Source: Guillardia theta CCMP2712
Taxonomy: Eukaryota; Protista; Cryptophyta
Length of the DNA stretch: 64,000 nt
NCBI RefSeq assembly: GCF_000315625.1
Contig: NW_005434635.1
Span: forward strand, 434,001 to 498,000
Direction of reading: 5' to 3'
Positions within the stretch are counted from its first letter, which is position 1; each line of letters opens with the position of its first letter. The notes beneath the pieces are model-generated. The model was given only the letters and a program-made list of their open reading frames with translations. It was not told where the DNA came from and searched no databases. Positions 28,216 through 41,019 of this stretch are shown piece after piece. The position numbers and the translations under genes are program-made.

Positions 28216-29631
28216 AACCAATCCAGCAAAAACAACTCAAGCTTTACCAGGAGCGATACAACATTCTCCCTCATGTCTATACCTCTGACTCGCACCTGCC
28301 CGACAACTCAGTCTCTCCTTCCATCCCTCGAGCTCGTACCTGACTCCCCTCCTCCCTCCCTCTACTCTCCGCTCGTCACCTTGGCCCACGTGTCTCCGTT
28401 CCTGCCGACATGCTCAGCCATCTACCGCTCCAGCCCCCGTCGGCTGCCGTCGAGATCCGCTCAACGCGTCTCACCAGATGTCCCGTATCGTCTTCTGACT
28501 CACTCCGTACTGCTTGGCGAGCTCGATCGACAGCCTCGTGCTCGTTCCTCGCTTCTGCGGGGGTCCTGCATCAGCTCCGCACAGAGCACGCGAGACGAGC
28601 TACCGCGTGGGCCTTGTCCGGTCTTTGGAGGAAGATGTGCTTGGCCTGCACAACCGGCTCTCACGCCTGCGCTCCCCCCCAGCACAGCTCTGACAGACCT
28701 CGACCTCCGTCAGGGCGATCTTCCAAGGCTTCCTTCGCTTGGACTGCTCTGCTTGCTGTCCCAGCCTGGGGCTGCTGACTCGCAGCGCTTGGTCGAGCTG
28801 GTGACGCCTCATGGCTTCCGCGGCCTCTTCGCCGGATCGGACTGTGCTACGCTGCTCCTCGCGCTGCCCGTCGATCGCCGAGGTAGCGACGAGGCCTCGA
28901 TGGAGATCGGCTGGCAGGCTGCGGGTCGACCACGAGCCGGCAGTGTCCGGGTGCAGGCTGAGCAAGAGCGGACAGGCTGGCGGCGCTTGTGAAGGCTCCG
29001 CCAAGAGCTGCGCCCGGCGATGCGCGTGCGGGCATGCAGGAGCTGCCAGGGCTGCTGAGCACGGGGTCACTCATGCCTAAAGCCATGTCACCAGATCAAG
29101 CATGTCGCTCACCCTGCTCAGCATGGCCGCTTCCTCCGAGAGGCACCGAGCCGCCGCCGGGATGCTTGTTGTCCTGCGCGATGCTCACGAGCCAGACGGC
29201 GCATGGCTGCTGCACGGCGTGACTCAAGGCAGGAATGAGCATCAGCGGGGTAGGACGAAGCGGGATAGGAACCAGCGGCATGCGAGGCTGTGGGTCCGGG
29301 GCGGTCTGTTGCATGCTATGCGCCATGGGCGCTGGGGCCGGGAGAGACACACGAGGCAGGCAATCAAGACCTCACGAGGACGCAGCCAAGGCGAGCACGA
29401 GCGAGCGAGACCGAGAGAGATCAAGAGAGACTCGAAGAATAGACCGAGACGACTACAGCCACGCAAGACCACCGCACGGTGACGACCAAGATGCGATCAC
29501 CAAAGGTCTTGAGCGCAGAGCCTGGGCGGAGAGAGAGGAGAGGCTGCGGGCACGAGCAAGTCAGGGAGGGAGGGGAGGGGGTAGAAGGAGCCAACAACAA
29601 GAGGGGCATTCACGAAGGGTGTTGCAGGAAG
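28216..29631. repeat. Orphan local repeat 'RepX', copy 1
   Basis: Nearly identical to 31043-32457 and 45945-47318; the ORF track translations recur verbatim. No transposase, RT, TIR or LTR seen. Confidence 0.9.
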
Positions 29632-29979
29632 TAGTAGTTGAATACTCTGGGTTGTTTTACAGGTACACGAGCAGACAGGAAGATGAGATAGGATGGGATA
29701 TGATAAGAAAACTTGGGAGCAAGGTGAAGAAAGGGAGGAATGTTTCGAGAGCTTCTGCTGCAACGAGAGTTTGGGAAGCAACTGCTGAGAGGATGAGGGA
29801 AGAGTTCGTAGTGATGGTTGGAAACAAGACAAGGACCGTGAGGGGGGTCAATGGAGCAGGGACGAGCTGCGGCGCAGGGAGCAAGGGGCAGAGAAGGAGC
29901 AGAGGAGCGAACGGGGGCGAGAGAGGATAAGCGACGTTGTAAACATAATTAATGGAGGTAGTCGCTTATAGAATTCCTG

Positions 29980-30180
29980 GAGGGGTGGTACTAAGTGTGG
30001 GAAAGCTGCGGGTCATGAGTCATGTTGATGGGGTGGTCAAATCCTACCAAGAGCGTGCCTACTGAGAGTCCCAAGGGGGTGGGGTACTCTCAAAAGTAAA
30101 ACTGAAGGTTGATCGAGGAGGAATCGAGGGGGTAGGGGTACAAGTGCAGTACAAGTGCTCTTCCTAAGAGGGGTGGGGTT
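29980..30180 (-). promoter_or_regulatory. GGGGT(GG)TA cluster (TACCCC on minus strand) pointing into RepX copy 1
   Basis: ggggtggta, ggggtggtcaaatcctacc, gggggtggggtac, ggggtaggggta and gggtggggt. Confidence 0.4.
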
Positions 30181-30708
30181 GCAAACTGTGTCCCTGGAAT
30201 GCCACGAGAAGAAGAGGAATGAAGATCAAAGAGACAGTCTTGCTTTGTTGAGACATCACATACTGACAGTCTCACTTGTTGTCAGTTTTAAATTCCTGAA
30301 AGCAATGTGATTTGTTGGTTGTATTGTATGAATTTATGATCCTCCCAACAACATACATACTGAATGGAACGAAAACATGTTTGCAATCAAGCAATCCCCC
30401 ACAACAATTTTTCAGTTCCCCAGGAGCTTCAGTAACAGTTGTAAGCGCAGAATTGGACTAAAAGATTTAAGCGACCGATGGAAAGATTTTCATAATCGTG
30501 AACTCTCTTAACACGCATCGCCTTGATTTTGTGCAACAGGGGCAACCAAATCGAAAAGATTTCAACTCTTCACATAAAAGCAGACAAGAATCGTGATGAA
30601 ACTTGAGGTTCTGCCCTATGTGAGCTTGATTTCTATGGGAATACCTGACGATTTCTCTCAGCTCAAAATTCAAGTCTCATGTCTCAGTCAAATTGCTACT
30701 GAGACTGC

Positions 30709-32513
30709 AACGCTGTGCTTGCCATGCTCTGCTCACATGATGATCTAATCTTTCATCGATACGCACACCGATCGAGCAGTCCTCCATGCCCTCTTGCAAC
30801 CTGATGTACGACAGTCTACTGCTGCCGGCTAGGACATAAACCTATTCCCCAACAGATGCCGCGCACTGTGTGCGGTATAAGTCTTTGGTCTGGTGTACCA
30901 AACAACCTTTGAGGAGGGCTAGGGATCTTGATACTGTATATTCGAGCCAACAAGGACAACATGCGACTGTAGAGTAGAATATTGCAGAGCAAATAAAACA
31001 ACGAACCAAAAAAAACAATCAACAGAAAACGATGATCCAACAACCAATCCAGCAAAAACAACTCAAGCTTTACCATGAGCGATACAACATTCTCCCTCAT
31101 GTCTATACCTCTGACTCGCACCTGCCCGACAACTCAGTCTCTCCTTCCATCCCTCGAGCTCGTACCTGACTCCCCTCCTCCCTCCCTCTACTCTCCGCTC
31201 GTCACCTTGGCCCACGTGTCTCCGTTCCTGCCGACATGCTCAGCCATCTACCGCTCCAGCCCCCGTCGGCTGCCGTCGAGATCCGCTCAACGCGTCTCAC
31301 CAGATGTCCCGTATCGTCTTCTGACTCACTCCGTACTGCTTGGCGAGCTCGATCGACAGCCTCGTGCTCGTTCCTCGCTTCTGCGGGGGTCCTGCATCAG
31401 CTCCGCACAGAGCACGCGAGACGAGCTACCGCGTGGGCCTTGTCCGGTCTTTGGAGGAAGATGTGCTTGGCCTGCACAACCGGCTCTCACGCCTGCGCTC
31501 CCCCCCAGCACAGCTCTGACAGACCTCGACCTCCGTCAGGGCGATCTTCCAAGGCTTCCTTCGCTTGGACTGCTCTGCTTGCTGTCCCAGCCTGGGGCTG
31601 CTGACTCGCAGCGCTTGGTCGAGCTGGTGACGCCTCATGGCTTCCGCGGCCTCTTCGCCGGATCGGACTGTGCTACGCTGCTCCTCGCGCTGCCCGTCGA
31701 TCGCCGAGGTAGCGACGAGGCCTCGATGGAGATCGGCTGGCAGGCTGCGGGTCGACCACGAGCCGGCAGTGTCCGGGTGCAGGCTGAGCAAGAGCGGACA
31801 GGCTGGCGGCGCTTGTGAAGGCTCCGCCAAGAGCTGCGCCCGGCGATGCGCGTGCGGGCATGCAGGAGCTGCCAGGGCTGCTGAGCACGGGGTCACTCAT
31901 GCCTAAAGCCATGTCACCAGATCAAGCATGTCGCTCACCCTGCTCAGCATGGCCGCTTCCTCCGAGAGGCACCGAGCCGCCGCCGGGATGCTTGTTGTCC
32001 TGCGCGATGCTCACGAGCCAGACGGCGCATGGCTGCTGCACGGCGTGACTCAAGGCAGGAATGAGCATCAGCGGGGTAGGACGAAGCGGGATAGGAACCA
32101 GCGGCATGCGAGGCTGTGGGTCCGGGGCGGTCTGTTGCATGCTATGCGCCATGGGCGCTGGGGCCGGGAGAGACACACGAGGCAGGCAATCAAGACCTCA
32201 CGAGGACGCAGCCAAGGCGAGCACGAGCGAGCGAGACCGAGAGAGATCAAGAGAGACTCGAAGAATAGACCGAGACGACTACAGCCACGCAAGACCACCG
32301 CACGGTGACGACCAAGATGCGATCACCAAAGGTCTTGAGCGCAGAGCCTGGGCGGAGAGAGAGGAGATGCTGCGGGCACGAGCAAGTCAGGGAGGGAGGG
32401 GAGGGGGTAGAAGGAGCCAACAACAAGGGGGGCATTCACGAAGGGTGTTGCAGGAAGGAGTCGTATGGACATGGACTCACGAGCGGGAGGGAGGGAAGAC
32501 GAGAAAGCAGTGA
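30709..32513. repeat. RepX copy 2 (with left extension shared with copy 3)
   Basis: 30709-31040 matches 45616-45945; the core matches copy 1. Confidence 0.9.
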
Positions 32514-33286
32514 TGTCACAAACAGATGAGAATCTACCTGCAACTGCCAATGGATATGCAATAAACAATACTCAGATAGGAGGAATATTCGCCAGGTAGA
32601 TCAGTACAAGGATGCTCACACAATCAGTGCAGGAACAAGCGGGGGTCAGGAAAAGAGGGTGGGGATATTTAATAGAAGGAGAGAGGGAGAGTCGAACAAG
32701 GGCAAGAAGTTTGAGGCTGGTTGTGAATCGGGAGACAGCAAGGCGGGGGGGGGGGGGAGGGGGTGACTCGCCTGGAGGAGCGGAGGGCAATCAACTATAA
32801 ATTAGGGAGCAGGTGCAGATGTTAATTTAAAAGTGAAGTTTGAGGTAGGTAGGGGTGGTCAAATCCTACCTTGATTCCAACAAAATTGAGATCCAAGGAG
32901 GGTCCCAGGGGTCCTTGGACTGAGTGGGGCCTACCTTCCCTGTAGTAAGAACCCTCGTGATAAATAACTGACGCTCACAACATGTCTGTTTGTCTGCGCA
33001 AGGAGGGTCAGGCCTCTTGGCCCGCTCGGACAGCACCCTGCTATGACGCCGACTGACTCATACACCCAGGCAGTGCCGGTTATCACAGCTAGCATAAGCG
33101 TTGCGATATGATTTTATGGACTAGCCCTCTAACCCTTTTTTTTCTTTTTTTTTTCTGGGATGTTTACAACACAACACGGCCAGTAGTAACGAAGAATCAG
33201 ATTTGACCCACGCGATCACCGATCAAGACTCCCGGGGTCTGACAAAAAGCCCGCCAAAAGCAAAGTTTGTGGGAAGGCAGACAGAA

Positions 33287-36200
33287 ATGTCGCCAAGACG
33301 CTTCTTGGCTCCTCAAGCTCATCAGCTCCTTCCTCTCAATCACTCCCCATCCTTCCAAGTATCAGCCCTCTCACACAATCCTCTCTCTCTCCTTCCGCCT
33401 CCCAGGAAGGTCGTGGACGTCCCTCCCGCACTCCAAGGGATTTTCAAGCACGTCTTCGACTTCGACGCTTTCAACGACATGCAGGTACACATGCTGCAGC
33501 GATGAATGGTCAAGGCCTCCCTCAATCTTTCCATGTAGAGCCAAATGCTCGATAGAGTCCTTCTTTCAGATCATAGCATCGCCTTGGGTGCTCCGACTGG
33601 ATCCGGCAAGACTGCTGTCTTCGAGATGTGTGTCTTCCTTTAGTGTGTGGAGAGGCTTCTGATCTTGATTTCTTGTGGTGGAACCTGTTGGGAAATATCA
33701 GGGCCATCTGCAAACTGTTTGCCGAGCGAAGAGGCAGCAGGAAATATCCGGAGAAGGCCATCTTCCTTGCACCGGCCAAGTTCTTGGTTTCTCAAAAATA
33801 CGAATCTTGGAAACCCAAGTTTCAATCTTCAATGCAAGTAAACGTTGTCATGTTGACAGGAGACACAGAAATATCCGTCAGCGATCTCATGGCAGGTGAA
33901 GAACGCTGAGAACCTTTGAGCACTGCAACTGACTGAACGCGTTGGTATCCGGGGCAAAGCTGACCTTGTTGTATCGACGCCTGAGAAATGGGAAAGCACG
34001 ACGAGGAGATGGAAGCAGATTGAGCCTCTGATTAGTGCCATAAGATTGCTAATGGTGCGCTTCACTTCATGCAGAGATCAGCTTAAGAACTGTTCTGACA
34101 TAGATTGACGAGATACATCTTGTGTCCGACGAGTCAAGAGGCGCTTGCTTAGAAGCATGTATCTGTCGGTAACAAAATGTGATGCAATGGTTCAGGCTGC
34201 TGAAAGTCAGGCAAGCATGAAATCTATCAGGAAATGGCAGGAAGAAACAAATTTCAACCATCAAACAAGCCACCCTCTACGAATAATTGGAGCCTCTGCA
34301 AGCGTTCCCAATTTGGATGACATTGGTTCTTGGATTGGTGCTCCCTCATCGCATGTTTGCCTGTTCGGAGAAGAATATCGTCCGACTCCCTTAGAGTATA
34401 AGGGTATGAGTTTTTGAATTCTGACGTGCAGAGGTCGATGACAGCGCACTCAGTACTCGGATACCCAAGTACTGGGAAAAGTGAGTTCGTGTTCGACAAG
34501 AATCTGAACTTCAAGATTCCAGGAAATCTCCTCTAAATCCCACAAACCTTGTTAAAATGATACTTGTGTGCAGATCTCATAAAATTGCATTCGCAAGGAA
34601 GGCCAGTACTGGTGTTTTGTTCAACACGGAGTTCAGCAAGTCAAGCAGCGCTGTACATGAGCAAACAGAATCTTAGGCCGGACCCCTATCAACAGGAGCA
34701 GCTGAGACTGCGGTCGAGAGACATAGGTCGTGTGAAAGACAGGACTTTGCGTGAAGTACTTACACATGGGTATTCCTCGCATTAATTCAAAGTCGACCAC
34801 TGTGCAACAATAGCTGTTTCAGGTTCGGATTCCATAATGGATCGCTTGAGAGTGAAGATCGGAAAATTGTAGAAGGCCTATTTCAATCCAGACTTCTAAT
34901 ATGGTATCAAAATATTTGAGTCGCAAAAGAGATTTGGAGTGAGAGCTTTTTCAGTCTCTTTACAACTACAACGCTTGCAGTTGGAGCAAATCTTCCAGCA
35001 TACTTAGTAATCATCAAATCCACTCTAACGTACGACAGCAACACGAAGGCCTGGAAGGTTGTTTTCTGATGTACTCAATAACTTGAACTTAAGTTTGAAT
35101 GTTTTCCATGACAGGAATATGATGCTACCTCTATACAGCAAATGGCAGGAAGGGCTGGTGCACACCTACGCAAATTCCAAGTTGCCTGTCCTTAAGAAAA
35201 CGATTGAATTGGCAGGGCGACCAGGCTACGACGTGGAAGGAAAAGTAATAGGTGTCTTCCATCGTTTTCCGTAATACCGATCTTACCCATTTTCAGTTCT
35301 AACGCAACAACATACTGCTGGAATGTATGAAGATTCGATTTGTTCAAAGGTTTGAGAAAAACTTGTACGTTTGCCGTGGTAATCGACTTGTATGAGGAAG
35401 ACGCCTCTCGAAAGCCAACTTCATCTTGCCTTGATCGAGCATCTGAACAGTGAAATCGTTCTAGAGACCATCAAAGACATAGATACCATGCTCGCATGGG
35501 CTTCGGAGTAAGTTGCACATAATCTGAATTCTTCCTGAGAATATACAACGTGCAGGACATTCTTATGGGTTCGAGCGAAGAAAAGACCAAAATTCTATTT
35601 TCCAGCTCTTATGTCTTCCAAGTGCGAGATTTCAGATTCTAGAATAGAACAGCACATCAAGCACTTGATGATGCAAGAATACAACAAATTGAGAAACGCT
35701 GAGCCTCCATTTGTGGTGCCTTTAGACAGAGACGCACTTACATTTTCAAGCACGGTAATTCTGATATGAATGTTGAGAAACACTAATGTGATATCAAGCC
35801 ATTGGGAGCTATCATGGCTAAGTACTGTATTGCATACGAAACTATCTTGAGCTTTCGTACCGTTCCTGAGACAGCTCAAACAAGTGAACTAATCGAAGTG
35901 ATCTCCTATGCTCAAGTAGGCGCATCGAATCGGGGCAGGATGATGTCTGACATCCAGCAGGAATTTTCTCCTTTCCATTGTAGAAATGAACAAAAAAAGA
36001 TACTTGAGAATGCCAACAAGGACAGCAAGCTTGTACGGTCATCACTAATCAACATTATGTTTGTTGACAGAAACATCTAAATCACTTCCAGATTCAAGAT
36101 TTGCAAGAAATCCAATACTGGAGGTTGGACTACACCGAGAAAAGTCAACTGCTTGCTACAAATCGCCATCAGCACCGGAACAATCGAAAACTTCACGTTG

Positions 36201-37574
36201 CGACAGGAAATGCAGGGAATATGTGACACTGGATGTCGAGTCTGCGAGGCATTGATAGGTTCGTGGTCGATCCTAATTCAAAGTCGTTTACTACATTTCC
36301 GGCAGAGTATTGTTCGACCAAAGGGATGCTAACTCCTACCTTAAACGCCATGCATTTATATCAAGTACAACTCTTTCTCTCTGTGTGAAATCAATGATGC
36401 TTCTATCCAAGTCGATCAGGCAGAAGACATGGCATGATGATAAGAATGGAAGGATACTTCAGCAGCTTCCTGGTGTACTCTGATATCACGGTATATGAAG
36501 GGATGACTGGTGCAATTAGGTATTGGAGATACGTTCTCCAGAAAACTTGTAGCTTCAGGAGTGAAAGATCTTGAGGATCTCAATCAGCTGGGACCAGGGA
36601 AGTTTGAATCTCTTGTTGGTAGACATACAGGAGGTTTTGGATCTAAAGTCATGGAGGAATTGCGATCAATACCTTCGTTTTCAGTACAATATAGCAAGGC
36701 TTTCGACGGCAAGAAAGCTGACATCGACTTGAGAATAACAGCTGTTTCGGTGTGCAACTTCAAGAAGAAAACATTTTTACCAGTTCTTTTGGTGGGTTCA
36801 GAACAAGGAGGGATCATCCTCAAGAAAGCATTGCAATTCCCGGTAGGGTCCCGTGACATCAAAATTCAACTGCATGTCCAAGACATTGAGCTTCACAAAA
36901 CGCTTGCGATTCACGTGAAAAATTGTACATTCTACATTTCGTGCGCTGATAATGCACAGGTTATAAACAAGAATTTCGTGGGCAGGGATGCTGTCCTTGA
37001 GATCGTGCTCTTCGTGAGAAGCAACATCAATCCAGTCACTACAGCTGATCATGCCAGCAAGGAAGCAGATCCAGAAAACCATCATCATGACATCAAACGG
37101 AAAGTGAAGAGGCCAAAACAAGATTCGATCGTCAGAGAAGCTCTAGAAAACAAAGTATCCGTCAAGAAAGTCAAGCTGCTCCACAGCTCCCTATCCGAGA
37201 CCACCAAGGCTATTCATCGTACCCGCGAGGAGTCAGAACCATTCAACTGGGATATCGAGAGATTCGCCTACAGAGGCTCCCAAGCCCCCTCGCGATGTGA
37301 CCGCCCAGGGTCAATGCAGTCATATGGACGTGAGGCTTTGCAGGGTTACATCAGTCATACAGTCGATACGCCAAGGAAAGAAGTTGCAGGAATCAACGGG
37401 AAGTTGTCAATGAGCTCTGTTGTCGAACCTCACGCTTCCAGATATCCGCTTCAGTTACAAAAGTCAGTGTTTGCATTTCTAGCTGCCACCAACGACGAGG
37501 TGCCTGCAAGGAGTTGTAATTTGGAAGCCAAGCATCACTCGTTTAGCTACGACTCTTTCTTCGAGGAGTTTTGA
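33287..37574 (+). CDS. MER3: Meiotic DExH helicase MER3/HFM1 (Ski2-like, Sec63 region)
   Basis: FDAFNDMQ (Q motif), APTGSGKT, TGD, STPEKWE, IDEIH..SRGACLE, SASVPNLDDIGSW, FGEEYRPTPL, FVFDKNLNFK, VLVFCSTR, TTTLAVGANLPAYLVIIKST, QMAGRAGRPGYD and LESQLHLALIEHLNSEIVL. Many short introns. Confidence 0.9.
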
Positions 37575-37665
37575 ATGAGCGCGCTGAGGGAGAAACAAGA
37601 TATGTCTCAATACAACTGATTTAGATGAATGCTGATATCTCTTCCACCAACAGTTTACGAGCTTC

Positions 37666-38064
37666 TTAGTACCAGCTGTAGGAGTAATGAGGAGATCCAT
37701 AGCTCGCAGCAGAGTATCCGTCAGCAATGGGAGTCTCTCCTCCGCTGAAGCTGGTAGTGCCAGACCCTCCGGCATAACGGGTGTCAATGTTGGTCCAGGA
37801 CTGCCTCCACGGCTGGCTTGACCTGAAGTGGATGATCAGCATAGGCCGACAAGGCCGAAAGAAAGAAATGATGGGAAGACTTACGGGGAGTTGTAGCTGT
37901 CTACAATCCAGAAGCCGTACTGGCCTAGACAACGTGTCATTCACAAGTGATTATCGAACAGAGCAGGTCATAGTCATACTAGGAGTTCCATCAAAGGTGG
38001 TCCCATCCTCACGAGTGAAGGAGGAGGAGAGGAGAGGAGCGAGTGGCACGATCTTGAACAGCAT
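37666..38064 (-). CDS. Small spliced protein of unknown function
   Basis: ORF pieces MLFKIVPLAPLLSSSF.. / NDTLSRPVRLLDCRQLQLP / PWRQSWTNIDTRYAGG..YSYSWY* joined by intron-sized GT-AG gaps. No family recognised. Confidence 0.4.
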
Positions 38065-38523
38065 TTCCTTGACTTTTACAACCTTTCGCGAACAGGCAAT
38101 ATTGATCACATTCCCCGAACTCTTTAAAAACCAATTTAACGGACATCGTATTGACATTTGCAACCAGTACCTTTGTTTGTATCAGATATCTACAAATAAT
38201 TGGGATCTGGTTGAAAACTAAACTTGTTGCAGTACTTCGGTTTGTTAACTTCGAGCGACAGATGTACCAGCTTACTTTTTCCTCCAATTTTTAAAAGAGG
38301 TTCAACTTCTTTTCTCCGTGACTTCTTTTTTGTTGAAAAACTGAAAAAAAAGCACGGGCCAACCCCAGCATTTTACAGTTATTGAGGCACCGGTGAACTT
38401 CCCGGGCCTCGGTGGCCGGGCCCGGCCCGCGTGACTGAGGACCGAAGACCTGGTTCGCCTCAACCTAAACGATGATGAACTAAACTGCGTGCCGGGGACA
38501 TGCCCAGCGAAGGACAGTCCAGG

Positions 38524-40749
38524 ACCAGTGCTTGAGAAGCTAGCAACCAGTGCTCGAGAAGCTAGCAACCAGTGCTTGAGAAGCTAGCAACCAGTGCTTG
38601 AGAAGCTAGCAACCAGTGCTTGAGAAGCTAGCAACCAGTGATTGAGAGGCTAGCAACCAGTGATTGAGAAGCTAGCAACCAGTGCTTGAGAAGCTAGCAA
38701 CCAGTGATTGAGAAGCTAGCAACCAGTGCTTGAGAAGCTAGCAACCAGTGATTGAGAAGCTAGCAACCAGTGCTTGAGAGGCTAGCAACCAGTGATTGAG
38801 AAGCTAGCAACCAGTGCTTGAGAAGCTAGCAACCAGTGCTTGAGAAGCTAGCAACCAGTGCTTGAGAAGCAGGCACTCCTGACTGAGAAGCTAGCAACCA
38901 GTGATTGAGAAGCTAGCAACCAGTGCTTGAGAAGCTAGCAACCAGTGCTTGAGAAGCTAGCAACCAGTGCTTGAGAAGCTAGCAACCAGTGCTTGAGAAG
39001 CTAGCAACCAGTGCTTGAGAAGCTAGCAACCAGTGATTGAGAAGCTAGCAACCAGTGCTTGAGAAGCTAGCAACCAGTGCTTGAGAAGCTAGCAACCAGT
39101 GCTTGAGAAGCTAGCAACCAGTGCTTGAGAAGCTAGCAACCAGTGATTGAGAAGCTAGCAACCAGTGCTTGAGAAGCTAGCAACCAGTGATTGAGAAGCT
39201 AGCAACCAGTGCTTGAGAAGCTAGCAACCAGTGCTTGAGAAGCTAGCAACCAGTGCTTGAGAAGCAGGCAACCAGTGCTTGAGAAGCAAGCTACCAGTGC
39301 TTGAGAAGCTAGCAACCAGTGCTTGAGAAGCTAGCAACCAGTGCTTGAGAGGCTAGCAACCAGTGATTGAGAAGCTAGCAACCAGTGCTTGAGAAGCTAG
39401 CAACCAGTGCTTGAGAAGCTAGCAACCAGTGCTTGAGAAGCTAGCAACCAGTGCTTGAGAAGCAAGCAACCAGTGCTTGAGAAGCTAGCTACCAGTGATT
39501 GAGAAGCTAGCAACCAGTGCTTGAGAAGCTAGCAACCAGTGCTTGAGAAGCTAGCAACCAGTGCTTGAGAAGCAAGCAACCAGTGCTTGAGAAGCTAGCA
39601 ACCAGTGCTTGAGAAGCTAGCAACCAGTGATTGAGAAGCTAGCAACCAGTGATTGAGAAGCTAGCAACCAGTGCTTGAGAAGCTAGCAACCAGTGCTTGA
39701 GAGGCTAGCAACCAGTGCTTGAGAGGCTAGCAACCAGTGATTGAGAAGCAAGCAACCAGTGCTTGAGAAGCTAGCAACCAGTGCTTGAGAAGCTAGCAAC
39801 CAGTGATTGAGAAGCTAGCAACCAGTGCTTGAGAAGCTAGCAACCAGTGATTGAGAAGCTAGCAACCAGTGCTTGAGAAGCTAGCAACCAGTGATTGAGA
39901 AGCTAGCAACCAGTGCTTGAGAAGCTAGCAACCAGTGCTTGAGAAGCTAGCAACCAGTGATTGAGAAGCTAGCAACCAGTGATTGAGAAGCTAGCAACCA
40001 GTGCTTGAGAAGCTAGCAACCAGTGCTTGAGAAGCAAGCAACCAGTGATTGAGAAGCTAGCAACCAGTGCTTGAGAAGCTAGCAACCAGTGATTGAGAAG
40101 CTAGCAACCAGTGCTTGAGAGAGCTAGCAACCAGTGCTTGAGAAGCTAGCAACCAGTGCTTGAGAAGCAAGCAACCAGTGCTTGAGAAGCTAGCAACCAG
40201 TGCTTGAGAAGCAAGCAACCAGTGCTTGAGAAGCTAGCAACCAGTGCTTGAGAAGCTAGCAACCAGTGATTGAGAAGCTAGCAACCAGTGCTTGAGAGGC
40301 TAGCAACCAGTGCTTGAGAAGCTAGCAACCAGTGCTTGAGAAGCTAGCAACCAGTGCTTGAGAAGCTAGCTACCAGTGCTTGAGAAGCTAGCAACCAGTG
40401 CTTGAGAAGCTAGCAACCAGTGCTTGAGAAGCTAGCAACCAGTGATTGAGAAGCTAGCAACCAGTGATTGAGAAGCTAGCAACCAGTGCTTGAGAAGCTA
40501 GCAACCAGTGCTTGAGAAGCAAGCAACCAGTGCTTGAGAAGCTAGCAACCAGTGCTTGAGAAGCTAGCAACCAGTGATTGAGAAGCTAGCAACCAGTGCT
40601 TGAGAGGCTAGCAACCAGTGCTTGAGAAGCTAGCAACCAGTGCTTGAGAAGCTAGCAACCAGTGCTTGAGAAGCTAGCTACCAGTGCTTGAGAAGCTAGC
40701 AACCAGTGATTGAGAAGCAAGCAACCAGTGCTTGAGAAGCTAGCAACCA
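38524..40749. repeat. Tandem array of the 22-bp unit ACCAGTG(C/A)TTGAGAAGCTAGCA, about 101 copies
   Basis: Head-to-tail units with a few recurring single-base variants, one interruption near 38871-38884, and no unique spacers. Confidence 0.97.
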
Positions 40750-40806
40750 AGTCAAGGCGGGTGGGATACGAGGAAAGCTGAACGAGAAGGTAGAGACATA
40801 GACATT

Positions 40807-40843
<37 letters not shown>

Positions 40844-41019
40844 ACAAAGACAGAGACGCAGGGATGGTTTCTTGAGTTAAGTTTTCAGATGAAGGTGTGA
40901 GGAGGAAACAATTGTGTGAAGGTCCTTGCTAAATCTCTCTCCATCTGAGTGTTGCTTGCTCAGCACAGATTGTTTTGCGCGCACATGACCTAAGATAAGT
41001 ATCTTGGTTGCCGATTGCT

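Noticed and set aside
28156-28992. RepX ORFs (278/247/192 aa) as a transposase or real protein
   Set aside because: No DDE, RT, HUH or tyrosine-recombinase motifs; starts differ between copies, and copy 3 is frameshifted.
38524-40749. CRISPR array or plasmid iterons
   Set aside because: Units are contiguous with no unique spacers, there are no cas or rep genes, and the context is eukaryotic and spliced.
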